Positions 24,900-38,115 of a stretch of 64,000 bases of DNA are shown piece by piece. Every line of letters starts with the position of its first letter. The first letter of the stretch is position 1. A program made the position numbers and the translations under genes. The stretch comes from Eledone cirrhosa (Eukaryota). The stretch spans positions 129,022,001 to 129,086,000 of the forward strand of contig OZ024740.1 in assembly GCA_964016885.1 (NCBI GenBank), given 5' to 3'. The notes under the pieces were generated by a model. It was not told where the DNA came from. It searched no databases and worked only from the letters and a program-made list of their open reading frames with translations.

Positions 24900-26560
24900 A
24901 AAAGTACTTACATGACCGTGTTTCGGGTCGAGAGGGGGTAGGTTAGGATGGAAAGGGGGTGGAGGGGTAATTTGACGAGTGGGTTTAAAAAAAAAAGGGA
25001 AGTCTTTTTTAGCAATCGTACATTAACACTGGCTTAAGTTAATTGAAATTTGCAAAGTGTTTGTGATGCAATTCGGGCAGTGTTCAGAGAGTTTGTTCAG
25101 TAGTGGACCCTTGGCAAATAATATTTCGTAGCTCTCTGAGATGCAAAGGTCGCAGCCTTTGTTGCTCCCTTATATATACGTATATTAAATAGAATGCCCG
25201 ACGTAGAAGTTTTTAAAATTCCATTAAGAAAAGTGGAAATTAATGAAATTGTATGATTTGAAATTCTCGATGTACATGTGTTATGTGGCTGAGCTATACT
25301 CTGATTAGTTTATTCATTCTTCTTCGTTTGTAGGTGCCACTGTCGTTAGTGATGTTGTGTATGTACTTATTTCTCTATATATTAATGCATGAATTATAAC
25401 CGGTAATGGTTATTCGTATCGTGTTTTGGGTACATACATCTTAGATGTGTTTGTGAGTTTGTCCTAACGTATTCTATGCTCCGTTATTCTATACGAGATT
25501 TGTTTGTAGAATGTTTTGCATGTCATAAAGTCAACATGATTCGGAATTTAATCAAAGAATGTTTCAGTGGTGAGCAATTAATTTATGATTTCTCCGGAAC
25601 AAATGTTACTTTGATTGAGTTATTACCCTGTGAATGTGTGGTCTCGGCGACGATATTCTATCGCAACTAGAAAACTAATTCTTATCAGAAATTTTTGTGA
25701 CGGTTTTTCAGTCCAGGTTATAAGTAGGGTGTTGATTTCAGCAATATAGGTTTTGGACTTCACAGAATTTGATGTATGTGCCTGTTCTTGAGAGTATTTG
25801 CTGATAGCTTTGCAGAGATATGAATATACATTTAAATGAAGTGATGTTTTGTGGGAAGTTTGGTGTAGCAACGTACAATCATTTAATGGCGTTTCTATAG
25901 AATATCGTATGAAAGCATATGGAGGAGTAAATTCGTTTTTGAAGAGTATTGAAACCGTCTAAGTTCACCGTGTGCCAACACCATCAGTTTTAGTGCCAGA
26001 GCCGGCTCATTGATCTATCTGTTTGAGGAAAGTGTGTCAATCGTTGAATTCACTCTGCGTTAGCGCCCAGTTTTTTCTATTACAGAAGATTTTGTTTAAA
26101 AATGTGTGAGCAATTCGGAGAGACCTTTATAAACAACTCATTTTAAAATGACATCGGTTATTTTAGCTGATTATTTATGTAATGTAGTGTTTCTTTTTGT
26201 TTATTGAAGATGTAGAATAATCCATTCATACGCTTGAGGATAAAATCAAGATGATCATTCAGGTATGATCATTCGGATGAGGATTTTACGGTGGAGATAG
26301 GGAAAACGATATATAATATTTTGAGGGAAGATTAGTTCAATTGTTACTTAATTTGCCGAGACTGTGGGTGTTATATTTCTGTCAAAAAAGGAGATTAGTC
26401 ACTTCGTGAACAAGAGTTGGGTGTCATTGAGCAGGGTGTCATTGAGCATGTTTAGGGAGATATGCCAGATATTTTAATGCAACTTGTAGTAGAGGGTTGT
26501 AATCGATGCATAAGAATTCACTATGTCTAATAGTATGAATTTAGCTTTTGATTCCTCATT
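24900..26560 (-). mobile_element. Heavily decayed PLE (RT plus endonuclease)
   Basis: Minus-strand fragments AKFILLDIVNSYASI (motif A), TLHYINN and GCDLCISESYEILFAKGPLLNKLSE. An HHR half-site GAAACACGGTC lies near 24915-24925. Confidence 0.7.
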
Positions 26561-26565
26561 ATATG

Positions 26566-26750
26566 GGGGATTGGCAGTATCGTAGAGGGTCGGACGCCAT
26601 GCTTTGACGCATAGAGTTATGGCCCTTGCCATTCTAACTTCAAATCCCGCCAAGGTTAACTTTGCCTTTCATCCTTAGGGCTCGATAAAATAAAGTACCA
26701 GTAATACACTGAGTAATTGCTGGCCTTGTGCCAAAAGTAGAAACAATTAT
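26566..26750 (+). mobile_element. tRNA-derived SINE copy
   Basis: Head, core and tail are present. Confidence 0.85.
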
Positions 26751-27294
26751 ATGTTGGATCATTGATTAATTAGCAACAGTTGATTACAAACACACACTGA
26801 TACAAATATATATATATATATATATATATGCGGGGGGGGGGTATGTGTGTGTGTGTGCGTTTAACCCTTCATTAACATACTACTTTCTTTTAAATTTGAT
26901 GCTGATAAAATTATGAATCAGTGAATGTTGAAGCTGGTAATGTTTCTATAAAATTAGAAATGTACCCATTTCAAACTTGTCCCAATTTGCCTGTTACACA
27001 CTGTGTGTGTATATACATATACGTGTGTGTGTGTCCGCGTGTGTGTATATACATATACGTGTGTGTGTGTCCGCGTGTGTGTATATACATATACGTGTGT
27101 GTATGTGGTGTGCGCGTGTGTTTAATTACCGGGTGAGAGAAAAAAACTCAATATCGAAGGAGAGCTTAATTATTCATTTATTTTTGCTAACTATTGAGGT
27201 TTTATTTTTTTTAGTATGGTGACACTTATAATACGTAGATGTATCCCCAGAATAACTACAACTAAAATTTAACCATAATGAATATATATATATA

Positions 27295-27353
27295 AGGGCG
27301 GTGCCCCAGCATGGCCTCAGCCGGATGGCTGAAACAGGTAAAAGAGTAAAAGA
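27295..27353 (+). mobile_element. 3' tail fragment of a second SINE/LINE family
   Basis: ccccagcatggcc..ggctgaaacaggtaaaagagtaaaaga, a short-tandem 3' tail recalled as common in octopus repeats. Confidence 0.45.
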
Positions 27354-27552
27354 GATATATACAAACATACATGCATATAAGCATATATATATATATATAT
27401 ATATACATACACACATCCACTCATATATACACATAGGTATATAAATTCGGTGAGTATTTGTTTTTATTTTGCTTATACGACAAGCATAGGTTTGAAATCA
27501 AAGTTAAGCTGCACACGACGGTGACAAACCTAACTGTCATGCTTATATAAAA

Positions 27553-27751
27553 CTAGACTGCCCATCACCCGTTGGGTCATGTTCACTTGAAAATATTTTT
27601 AAAAATTATGTTCACTTAAAAATAATTTTTAAATAATGAAAATATACACAGACATGTACATAATGTGAAATGAAACTGGAAGGCCTATATATATATACGT
27701 TCGCGTATGTATATATATATAAATGCGTGTGTTTGTATATATATATATATT

Positions 27752-27784
<33 letters not shown>

Positions 27785-27834
27785 GTGTGTATGTATATAT
27801 GTGGGTGTCTGTGATCGACATACACTGATCATAG

Positions 27835-27871
<37 letters not shown>

Positions 27872-28217
27872 CACTCATATATATATATATACACAACAGC
27901 ACCAGCTCTCTCTGCCTCTCTCTTCCATTCTCCTTCTCCTTCTAAGTCTCCTCTCCCTCTCTCTATGTCTCTCTTTCAATCCACTTCCTCTGAACCACTA
28001 TCTCTTTCTCTCTCTCTCTCTATTTATAAAGGTACCCGGAAAAACCGCATATCTCAGGAACCCGTGGTTCGATTTACGCGAAACTTTATTCTATTTCATT
28101 TGTATCCGTATTTGAGGATCAACTTCCTGTCAAAATATTTCCCATTGTGTGCCTGTTTGTCGGTATTACATTACAGGCAAGCAAGTAATCAGAGAGTTTT
28201 ACTAGTATATATATAGA
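27553..28217 (-). mobile_element. Non-autonomous Helitron-like element
   Basis: Minus strand starts A|TC (28217) and ends CTAG|T (27553), with subterminal hairpin ACCC-aac-GGGT. The body is homologous to about 35130-35440. Confidence 0.6.
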
Positions 28218-30273
28218 TTGTGTTGGGGAATTTAAGTTAACTATATCCGCCATAGTTTGGGTACATGTCCAGCTTGATGGTCCTCTGTATCCATATTTAA
28301 GTATGATATTGAGGATGGTTAGAACACGTATTTCTCGTAAAGGCACTTTCATTGAACTTTTTACGTCTAAATATATGTCTAGTTTATTTAAACAACTCTA
28401 GATTTTCAAAATAACTCCAATTCTTGAAATATTAGCAAAAAAAAAGAAATACAAATCGCAAGTAAATGATAGCCACTAAAGAAAATGTGTAGTGAAATGC
28501 TGTCTGTTGATTAGTTCCATTGGTCACTTTCTTCTCTCCTCTCCTTCGTTTTCTTTCTCACCTGTTCAGATATATGTATCCATCTTACTTTTGATTTTAT
28601 TTCTTTTTCTTGTGGTCTCTCTCTCACTTCTTGCATCCCTCTATCAATTTCTCACTTCATTTCTATGGTTTCGTCCATTGATTCTATCTCCCTAATCATT
28701 TTATGTTACTGTCAATTATTCTTTTTTTTTGTATTCTGTGCTTGCTTACCTTTTCAAATCAATCCCTTTAGTGGGTTTTTATTCTCATTTTAGTTTCTAC
28801 GCACAAGATCACGTTACTCCCTTCGATGTTCAGGTTCATATCCATTCTATGTTGTTTACACCTACATCAAGAGTATTATATTTGTTATGCAACGCACCTA
28901 GACGCAATCAGACATATGCACATCTTCAAAAATAAAACAAACACACATGCATACATATACATACACCTATTCATCCTTTCGCTGCATAGAGGGAGAAATG
29001 TGAAATGTTGTGGCTGTAGTAAACCAAATGGCAATTGATTAGAAGTTTTAATTATTTTTATCAATAACCTGGAATTAATAAAATCACGTGAATATTGCGC
29101 CTTTATTCCAAGTATAATAGAAACCGTATTTATTATTATTTTTATTATTATTAGTGGTAGTATTATTTTTATTATCATTAATATTACGATTGGCTTATTA
29201 ACTACAGTTGTTTTGGTAATTATTCAATAAAACCAGGAAACGTGTGGATGATATTTGAGTAGGAGAAATAAAGCAATTATATTGAGTAGAAACAATGGGA
29301 TGTTGCACTATTATGAATAGGCTATTAGGGGAAATAAGGATTTTAATAAAATAGATTAGACAAAAACATGCAAAATTATAGTAAATTAAAATAAAACACT
29401 AAGGGATCAATAAAAAGAAATACGGGACTATCTATTTATTTGTTAGGTCTAGAAAGGGCGCTGTCTGTTGCCTTTCCCACATGCACGATTTACAGGATTA
29501 GCGAGATTGCTCCTTTGATATATGTTATCATAAGCAGTATAATATAGTTTCTACACCATTGTAATATGTAACGAAATATACATTACCGAATATAAGCAAG
29601 TGTCTTTTTTTCTGTCCGGAACACATACTCATATGCTGACTACAATATATATATTGTTAAATCATATGCAATACTTAATTATTTATTACACCTCATCAGA
29701 AATTCTATAGTAGTGGAATTGAACTATTCACTACGAGGTAAAAGTCAGTAATGCGATGTTCATTAAAGAAAATGTAAATAAGTTTTAAAATAATACGAAA
29801 TACAGTCAGTTACTGTGATAGAAGAGAGGAGAGAGAATAGGGGTAAAGAGATGCACATTATCAATCCATGTGCTGTGATGTAGAATAATTATTCTTTGCC
29901 CTGCTGATAAGTGTCTTGGATCTTATGTTGACAAAAATCAACTATAAATGCAGACTGCTTAACAAATTAGTTGACGGGTCGAACACAAAAATGAATGCTA
30001 TTTCAACCAAAATATTGTGGTCCAGATGATTAGATCAGAAAGTATTCCAATTCGTTTTTTAAATTTAACTATTGGAATCTATATACTTTTTGAGTGGTAT
30101 CCGCATGTCTTTTCTATATGGGTGAAGCTTTCCTTTAAACGAATAAATATTATGTAATACGTAGCATGTCTCTCACTTAGCCTATGCTGATCAGTTTATG
30201 AAAAGCTTGATAGGAAAGTTACGGTGGCTTTCCTGATTCTGACACCAAATCGATCTAATACCTCGATACTTAT

Positions 30274-30395
<122 letters not shown>

Positions 30396-30576
30396 GTATG
30401 TATAGAGGAATATATATATACAAATACACACATATACACGCAAACACACACACATACACGCACACTTACACACACACATACACAAAGGCATATACATACA
30501 CACACGCATACACACACACATAGACACACTCACACACACACACAGACACAGACACACACACACACACATATATATA

Positions 30577-30616
<40 letters not shown>

Positions 30617-30650
30617 TATATACACATATATACATATATATATATATATA

Positions 30651-30846
30651 TAGTGAAGGAGTGAAGAATAACATGGTCGGCTGTACAAATAAGGTTTATT
30701 TACAGTATTAACAATTGTTTCATAGATCAGCTGAATTCTAAAATTCCTTAATCACTAGAAATTGTGTCACTCGACAATAAATACAGTTTCTGTCTGATCA
30801 AATCATCGGAATACTGCCGACTATGTTATTCTTCACTCTTTCACTA
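30651..30846 (-). mobile_element. PLE pseudo-LTR fragment with inverted ends and decayed HHR motifs
   Basis: tagtgaaggagtgaagaataacatggtcggc versus gccgactatgttattcttcactctttcacta. GAAACAATTGTT and CGATGA..GAAAC..GTC are on the minus strand. Confidence 0.55.
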
Positions 30847-31671
30847 TTATTACTCCAAACATCGCCTGCATAGTTATTCTCCTAAACTCGCCACCTCACT
30901 AAGGAAACATCTTGTTGAGTCAAACAACGCCGTACGTTGAAACTATCCGCAGTACAGAGTAATCACAATCACTATCTGGATTACCTTAAGCGATACCTTG
31001 TTATCCTATATATATATCGTATATATCATGCGTTCATTAATACACAAATACGCACGTCTGCGCAAATTCAGATATACCTCACATTCTTCTTTTAATTGTG
31101 CAATAGAAATATGTATTGTGTTTTTACAACATTAAAATATTATTTCGAATCCGGCCTCGGTATATTTCTAAATAAATATTTAACTTCGCTCCTGGACGAA
31201 AGGCGGGAAGCCACATCTGCCACGGTTGATTTGCAATGCGTCAAGAGTTTCACGCCTTGATAACCAGAATGACCAGATCTACCGTTCGTTATTCCACACA
31301 ACATAGATGATACACGGACGCACACGCGTACCCCCCCCCCCCACACACACACACATACATGGAGAGAGATAGAGAGAGAGTGAGAGAGAGAGAGTGAGAG
31401 TGAGAGAGAGAGAGAACGATAGAAAGAGTGCGAGTGAAAGAGAGGGAGAAATAGATTTATAGATACTTTAAAATACTGCATTACAAAACAGTATCGTGAT
31501 AAACATGACCTTAATGCTACAATGAAGAACTTTCATACGCAAATATTTATTGTTATGCTGTTATAAATTAACACACACGCGCGCACACACACATACAGAA
31601 CACATACACACTCAGCCACGCTTATATGCGTGTATGTGTGTTTCTGTTTGAATATGTGTCTGCAAAAGAGT

Positions 31672-31721
<50 letters not shown>

Positions 31722-32239
31722 GCGTGTGTGTGTGTGTGCGCGTGTGTGTGTGTGTGTATGTGTGTGTGTGTGTGTGTGTGCGTTCGTGCGTGTCTATATG
31801 TTTGTAAACTAGTATTTATGTATTGTATGGAGAAAATTACAAAGACGTAATATATTTGTAATATATTGCTTCCGGGTAACATTTTAATATGTGTTTGATA
31901 TTAGATGACGATAATGTCAAAACCTTACAACGATTAGAACATAAAAAAAAACAAATAAACATTCATTTCTCTTAGAGAAGTTATTTCATGAAAAACATAA
32001 GATGGAATAAATGAAAACAAATTTCGGATGAAACTAAACGTTATTGTAAATGATTTAAGAATAAGATTCTAATTAGGAATGGTGAGGCTTCCATTGTTTC
32101 ACACTCCCTAAACGTAACATAATTTTAATAGAAGTACAATAAATCAAAGACTACTGTGAAGAGAGTGTTAATATATAATTATCGTCCTGGTATATTTTGA
32201 TTTGATATAACTTTCTTCTATTTGATATAACTTTCTTCT

Positions 32240-32667
32240 ATTTTGGCGCAAAATCAATTTTTAACATTCACGTAACCTCTAACGACCAATCAAAATTGTT
32301 TTGACTACAAGAATTTTTGCAACACGAATTGGCGCGAAATTTATAGTACTCATTCACGTGACATTCAACAACTAACCAAATCTTAATACCTCTGGTGCCA
32401 CTTTTTTCACATAAAACAGAAAGAATTTACAAAACTGATCAGATTAGAGCAAACATCACGGGCGCTCTATCTCAAAATTATTTTTGAAAAGCATTAGAAA
32501 TGCGCAACCGGTAAAAACTTAAAACTAAAACTGAATACTAACCAATATTTATTACTAATTTATACTTATTCCTAATTAAACTATTTTTCACTGGGAAAAA
32601 TTTGTCAGCATTTTATTTTCCTTTTACTAATATATATCACAACTCGTGTGTTACACCTCCATTCTTT

Positions 32668-32670
<3 letters not shown>
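32240..32670 (+). repeat. Interspersed repeat family (also 42580-43090, 44715-45185, 57832-58075)
   Basis: Shared ggcgcaaaatcaattttt..gagcaaacatcacgggcgctctat..gaaatgcgcaaccggtaaaaact..tcagcatttt sequence, always ending in (TA)n. Confidence 0.85.
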
Positions 32671-32748
<78 letters not shown>

Positions 32749-32899
32749 CAAAGAGGGTATGGTAAGATACCAGGTGGACCCTAACGCATCTGAGTACTCA
32801 ATAGGTAGGGTAGCACAGTGGGTGATAGGGAAAGTGTCGGCACACGACCGGCTGAGCTCCACCCGTTTCAACAGCTAGATCCGAACTTAGCCACCATTG

Positions 32900-34150
32900 G
32901 CTTAAGAGAGTGAGAGAGATTATGGTATGTATTGGTATATATAGAGAGGGAGATAATTCGGTGTTTTATTGAGAGACGGGGATTTGTGACAGAGAGTGTA
33001 GTATGTAGTGGGTTATAGAGAGGGGGAGAGGTTTTCTTGGCCTGGTGAGACAGGGAGTATTTTGAGAGTGAGAGAGATGGAGGTTTGTAGTGGGTTATAG
33101 ATAGGAGTGAGAGTTTATTGGCCTAGTGAGGGAGGGGCGGTTAAGAGAGGGAGAGCGAGTGAGTTATGTAGTGGAATATATAGAGGGGGAGAGACATTGG
33201 TCGTATAGTGAGGTATGTATTGGGATATTGTTAACAGGAGCTTATTTGTTGGTTTAGTGAAAGAGGGGTAAGTAAGAGAGTGAAATAGAAAGTTATGTAT
33301 TCGAATATAGAGAGGGGGAAGATAATTTGGTAGTTCAGGGAGAGAACTGGAATTGTGAAAGAGAGTGAGGTATGTTGTGTGATATAGAGATGGGGAGATG
33401 GATTGGTGGTCTAGTGAGAGAGGGGAATTGAGAGAGAGTGAGGTATCAAGTGGTATAGAGTGAAGGGGTGGAGAAAGTTTTCTACTTTACTGCAAGAGGG
33501 AGAATTGTGAGAAAGAGTGAGATATGTAGTGAGATATAGAGAGGGAGAGTGTATGTGGTGGTTTAGTGAGAGAGGTGTAATTGGGAGAGCGAATGTGTTA
33601 TGTATTAGGATAGAGAGAGAGAGAATGGGAGAGACATTGTTGGTTTAATGTGAGAGGCGAATTTAAGGGAGTTAAATAGAGTGGAGTATGTAGTAGTATA
33701 TAGAGATGGGGAGATTGATTTGTGGTATAGTGAGGGGGAATTGTGAAAGAGAGTGAGGTATGTACTGGTATATAGGGATAGTAGGACATTTGGTGATCTT
33801 GTGTGAGAATTGGAATTGTGAGAAAATGATATGTAGTGGGATTTAGAGGGTGGTAGAGAGTTCGGTGGCTTAGAATGAGAGGGGGAATTGTAAGAATGAT
33901 AGAGAGTGAGGTATATCGTTTTATATAGAGAGGGTCTGACATTTTTGTGGTTTAAGGAGACAGGGAGATTTGTGAGAGTAAAAGAGTTTGAGGTATGAAT
34001 GGAATATATATATAGAGAGAGAGTTTTGTGGCTTAATGACAGAGGGGGAATTGAGAGAGTGAGAGAGTGAGGCATGTAGCGGCATCTAGAGAGGGTGAGA
34101 AAGGTATAATGTTTTATTAAGAGAGAAGTAATATTTTAGAGTGTGACAAA
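32900..34150. repeat. Degenerate purine-rich minisatellite, unit about 70 bp
   Basis: Recurring gagagagtgaggtatgtagtgggatatagagaggg..tggtttagtgagagaggggaattgt. C is strongly depleted on the plus strand. Confidence 0.85.
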
Positions 34151-34221
34151 ATAATTGCAAGAGGTAAGAAAGGGTTTCACAGTAAAGTAGCTGTGTATGA
34201 GTGTGTGGGTTCATATGTATA

Positions 34222-34305
<84 letters not shown>

Positions 34306-34415
34306 CGAGTTTGTATATATTTATACATATATATGTGTTTGTTAATATAGATGTGTGTCTTTATATATATGAGTCTATGTGTGTTTATATCTATATTTGT
34401 GTATGCGTGTGTATA

Positions 34416-34484
<69 letters not shown>

Positions 34485-34504
34485 TTCTATGTTAACCTGT
34501 GTGA

Positions 34505-34780
34505 AAGGTCATGTGTTCTATTCTGGGCGACGCATTGTGTCCTTGAGCAAGACACCTGATTTAACGTTGCCCCAGTCCACTCCACTGGCAAACATGAGTT
34601 GTACCTGTAATTCGAAGGACCAGCCTCTTCACACAGTGTCACACTGACTCTCCCTCAGAACTACGTAAAAGGTTCGTGTGTCTGTGGGAATGCTCAGCCA
34701 CTTGCTCGTTAATTTCACAAGTAGGCTGTTTCGTTCATAGTATCAACTGGAACACTCGTCGTCATAACCGACGGAGTGAC
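34505..34780 (+). mobile_element. SINE of a different family (CORE/V-like central motif)
   Basis: tgtgtccttgagcaagacac motif after a decayed B-box. A related fragment lies at about 54590-54670. Confidence 0.6.
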
Positions 34781-34956
34781 TCAATTTAATTGTGTATGTA
34801 CCTGTGTGTGCTTATAAATATGTGTCTATTTATCTATCTTTTCAATGCACACACGCATACACACACATATACATACATATATATACGTGTGTGTGCCTGT
34901 GTGTGTGACCTATATACACTGGTCACATACACATACATATACACACATACACACAT

Positions 34957-34992
<36 letters not shown>

Positions 34993-35489
34993 GTGTGTAT
35001 GTACCCACATATACAGACACACTTAGAAACCCTTCCTATTTAGCAGGAAATATTCGTTACACACATCCTGTCCTAACACACTTAATGTTGTATTCGATTC
35101 TTTGAAGTCACCTGCTATAACTTCATTCGGCAACACCACCAGCTCTCTTTCTCTCCCACCTCTCTCTTTCTCTCTTCAATATTTTCTCTGTGTTCTCTCT
35201 CTATGCTTCTCTTCCAATCTACTTTCTTAAAACCACTATCTATTTCTCTCTGTCTTTCTCACTCTATCTATAAAGATATCCGGAAAATCCCCGTATCTCT
35301 GAAATCCGTACTCGATTTTACGCAAAGCATGTTTTATTCCATTTGTATTCTCATTTCAGGGGCAACTTCCTTTCAAAGTATTCTCCCATTATGTGCCGTT
35401 TTGGCTGAACTAAATCACAGAATTTTCGTAAGATACAGATAGAGGGCCAGTGGATGATGGATCAGCTGTCTCTGAGACAAATATAAAGA

Positions 35490-36328
35490 ATGCAGTTTTG
35501 TCCTGCAGAAGAGCCAATCAAAATGGGCACTTTGAATATGAGGACTATTCGGACGCTGGAGGAGAGAGAGGAGGAGAGGATGGCGACTGTGGAGTTGATG
35601 AGGGAAGAACCCTGTACCACTTACACTGAGGCCAGAGAGGAGGTACTGATAGAGAAGATCAGAAGTGTGGAGAGAGCGGTTGACAGGTCTGGATATAAGG
35701 AGAGCTGGATGACCATCAACGAAATCACATGGAGAAAGAGAAGGTATTCGAGTCAGATCCAGGGAACAGGGCCCGAGGATGGGAAGAAGAAATGGCTAGA
35801 CCATTTTAGGCCCCTACTGGGAGAACGGCCCTCCACAACCCACAGCACTGGGGAGATCAGACGGCTGTTTGAAGAACTGCATACTGAGACAGAGCCCTTC
35901 ACCAGAGAGGAGCTTCAGAGAGCCAAGAAGAAGATCAAGGAAGGCAAGGCTCATGGAGAAGATGGAGTGGCATCAGAGGTCATGAAGAGGTATGATTTTG
36001 ATGATATCATCCTGGGTTCTGTAACCAGACATTGGAGAAAGGAGTTGCCCCGAATCAGTGGAGGATCAGTAACATCGTCCCAGTGCCAACGAAGGGAGAT
36101 CTCTCTAACACCAACAACTACAGGGGGATCTCACTGACGTCACTTGTGGCAAAGACCCTCAACAGGATGATTCTTAACAGGATCTAGTCTGAGATGGAGA
36201 AGAAGCTCAGGGACAACCAGAACGGCTTCAGAGAGGGAAGATCAACCACCAGTCAGATCCTGATGCTGAGGAGGATATTAGAGGGAGCTAGAACAAAGTG
36301 CCTTCCTGCGGTCATGGTTTTCATTGAT
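35490..36328 (+). mobile_element. Internally deleted, 3'-truncated RTE-clade LINE
   Basis: GTLNMRT (start of the AP endonuclease), PFTREELQRAKKKIKEGKAHGEDG, then frameshifted VPVPTKGDLSNTNNYRGISLTS..QNGFREGRSTTSQI..MVFID. Confidence 0.9.
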
Positions 36329-36411
36329 CTTATCGGTTCAAGTTTCACAAGGTGAAACTGGAACCGATAAAGTCTCATTCCTGGATATGTCAATATTTTT
36401 AAAACAAACTT

Positions 36412-36476
36412 TGTATTTTATCTGATGAGTGCATACCAAAATGTTGGTACCCTTGAAATATATATAATAGAATACA
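36412..36476 (+). ncRNA. Decayed hammerhead-like motif
   Basis: CTGATGA (36422-36428), TACCA/TGGTA stem, GAAA-TATATATA-ATA-GAATACA, with TGTATTT upstream as an offset stem I. Preceded by a fold-back hairpin at 36329-36371. Confidence 0.4.
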
Positions 36477-37472
36477 TATTGTTTTATAAATATAGTTTCC
36501 ATTTATTAATATCATTGATATTATACTCCAGAAATCTGGTGAGTGCTTCGAATCTGTTATAAATATATATATTTGCTGAATTACCAACAAATTAAATACC
36601 TCTTTGCTTATATATATATACATATATGGGGGCGGGTTGTCTGGTTTTATGTGACTCAACATAAGTGCTATTGCTGAGAAGAATCGAAACTCCTGACTTT
36701 TCATAGAATTAATATAGACTATCACCGTGGTCTACCGTCATGCCTCTTGTGTCTAATGATATTGGATCATGTTCATTTGACAAGAGTGAATGTAGTGGAG
36801 GGGAATATAAACATACCTTCACTAAATTTGAGCCTCTTTACATGATCATGCTTCCCGGGCGGAACAAGTCAGATATGCATGCGTCATGTAGTTAACTGAG
36901 ATTTCTATCAGTCAAGCTGATGCCACGAGATAGAATTTGTTAAACATGAACGGTAAGAAAATGTATTGGATTCTAGCAATTCTAACTCTGGTTGTTACAA
37001 ACAGAAAGAAGATGTGAGCTATAACAAAAAACATGAATTAAGGGATCAACATCAGGAGGAATATAAATGAAGGTATGCAAGGCTACAACAAAATGATACA
37101 TTTTTGTAGGTTGGATCCTTTCAGGAAATCTGTCTTGCTTCGAGTGGTGTATGACACCTTATCGACTTTAAACAAATTTACTCATGTCATATACAGGCGA
37201 GATATAATCATGTAGGCTTTTTGGAAAGAGCACCACATTCTATCAAGATGTAAAACATCACACATTCAATGTATCGGTAGATGGCAAGATATCGGAAAAT
37301 TGGAGGAATATTATCCTGATTTTAAACAAAAGTCCGTTTGAAGAGGAGTGCGGCCATATATTAGAATAGAACACTGCCAAGTACGCAGAGCCTATGTAGG
37401 GAGATACGATAACAGGACCAATTATAGTATTATATATTAATATAAGTATGCAAGATTATATGTATGTAGATA

Positions 37473-37534
<62 letters not shown>

Positions 37535-37547
37535 TATATATACATTT

Positions 37548-37651
<104 letters not shown>

Positions 37652-37724
37652 ATATATATATATATGTATATATATATACATATATATACATATATATATA
37701 TATATACATATATATATAGTAATA

Positions 37725-37897
37725 ATAATTGTTTCTAGTTTTGGCACAAGGCCAGCATTTATCCGGTACATTACTGGTATTTTATTTTTATCGACCCTGT
37801 AAGGATAAAAGGCAAAGTTTACCTCGGCGGGATTTGAACTCAGACCATAAAGGGACGTAACTATTCTGGAAAGCATGGCGTCCGACTCTCTACCGAT
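37725..37897 (-). mobile_element. tRNA-derived SINE copy
   Basis: Reverse complement of the family consensus. Confidence 0.85.
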
Positions 37898-38068
37898 AAT
37901 AATAATAATTACACTTATATATGTTTAATATACAATTATAAATATAGGGGTAGTACTAAATACTAGACAGTTACCGGCAGGATAAAAGCTCAATGTAAAT
38001 TATCAAGTGCATAACAGAGTCGACAAAAACATATTAAAACAATCAAATCTTAGTTTAATACATTTATT

Positions 38069-38115
38069 TGCTGACAAGTGTTTCTTCCAGAGGGATGTCT
38101 GATATCATCGGAGCA
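38069..38115 (-). ncRNA. Minimal hammerhead motif with CCGATGA core variant
   Basis: TGCT-CCGATGA-ta-TCAGA-catccc-TCTGG-aa-GAAAC-ACTT-GTC-AGCA. Confidence 0.65.

Noticed and set aside
32434-32512. CTGATCA..GAAATGCGCA in the dispersed repeat family as a hammerhead
   Set aside because: The core is non-canonical, and no stem I or cleavage triplet could be assigned.
32900-34150. CRISPR-like appearance of periodic repeats
   Set aside because: The units are degenerate along their whole length with no unique spacers, there are no cas genes, and the context is eukaryotic.
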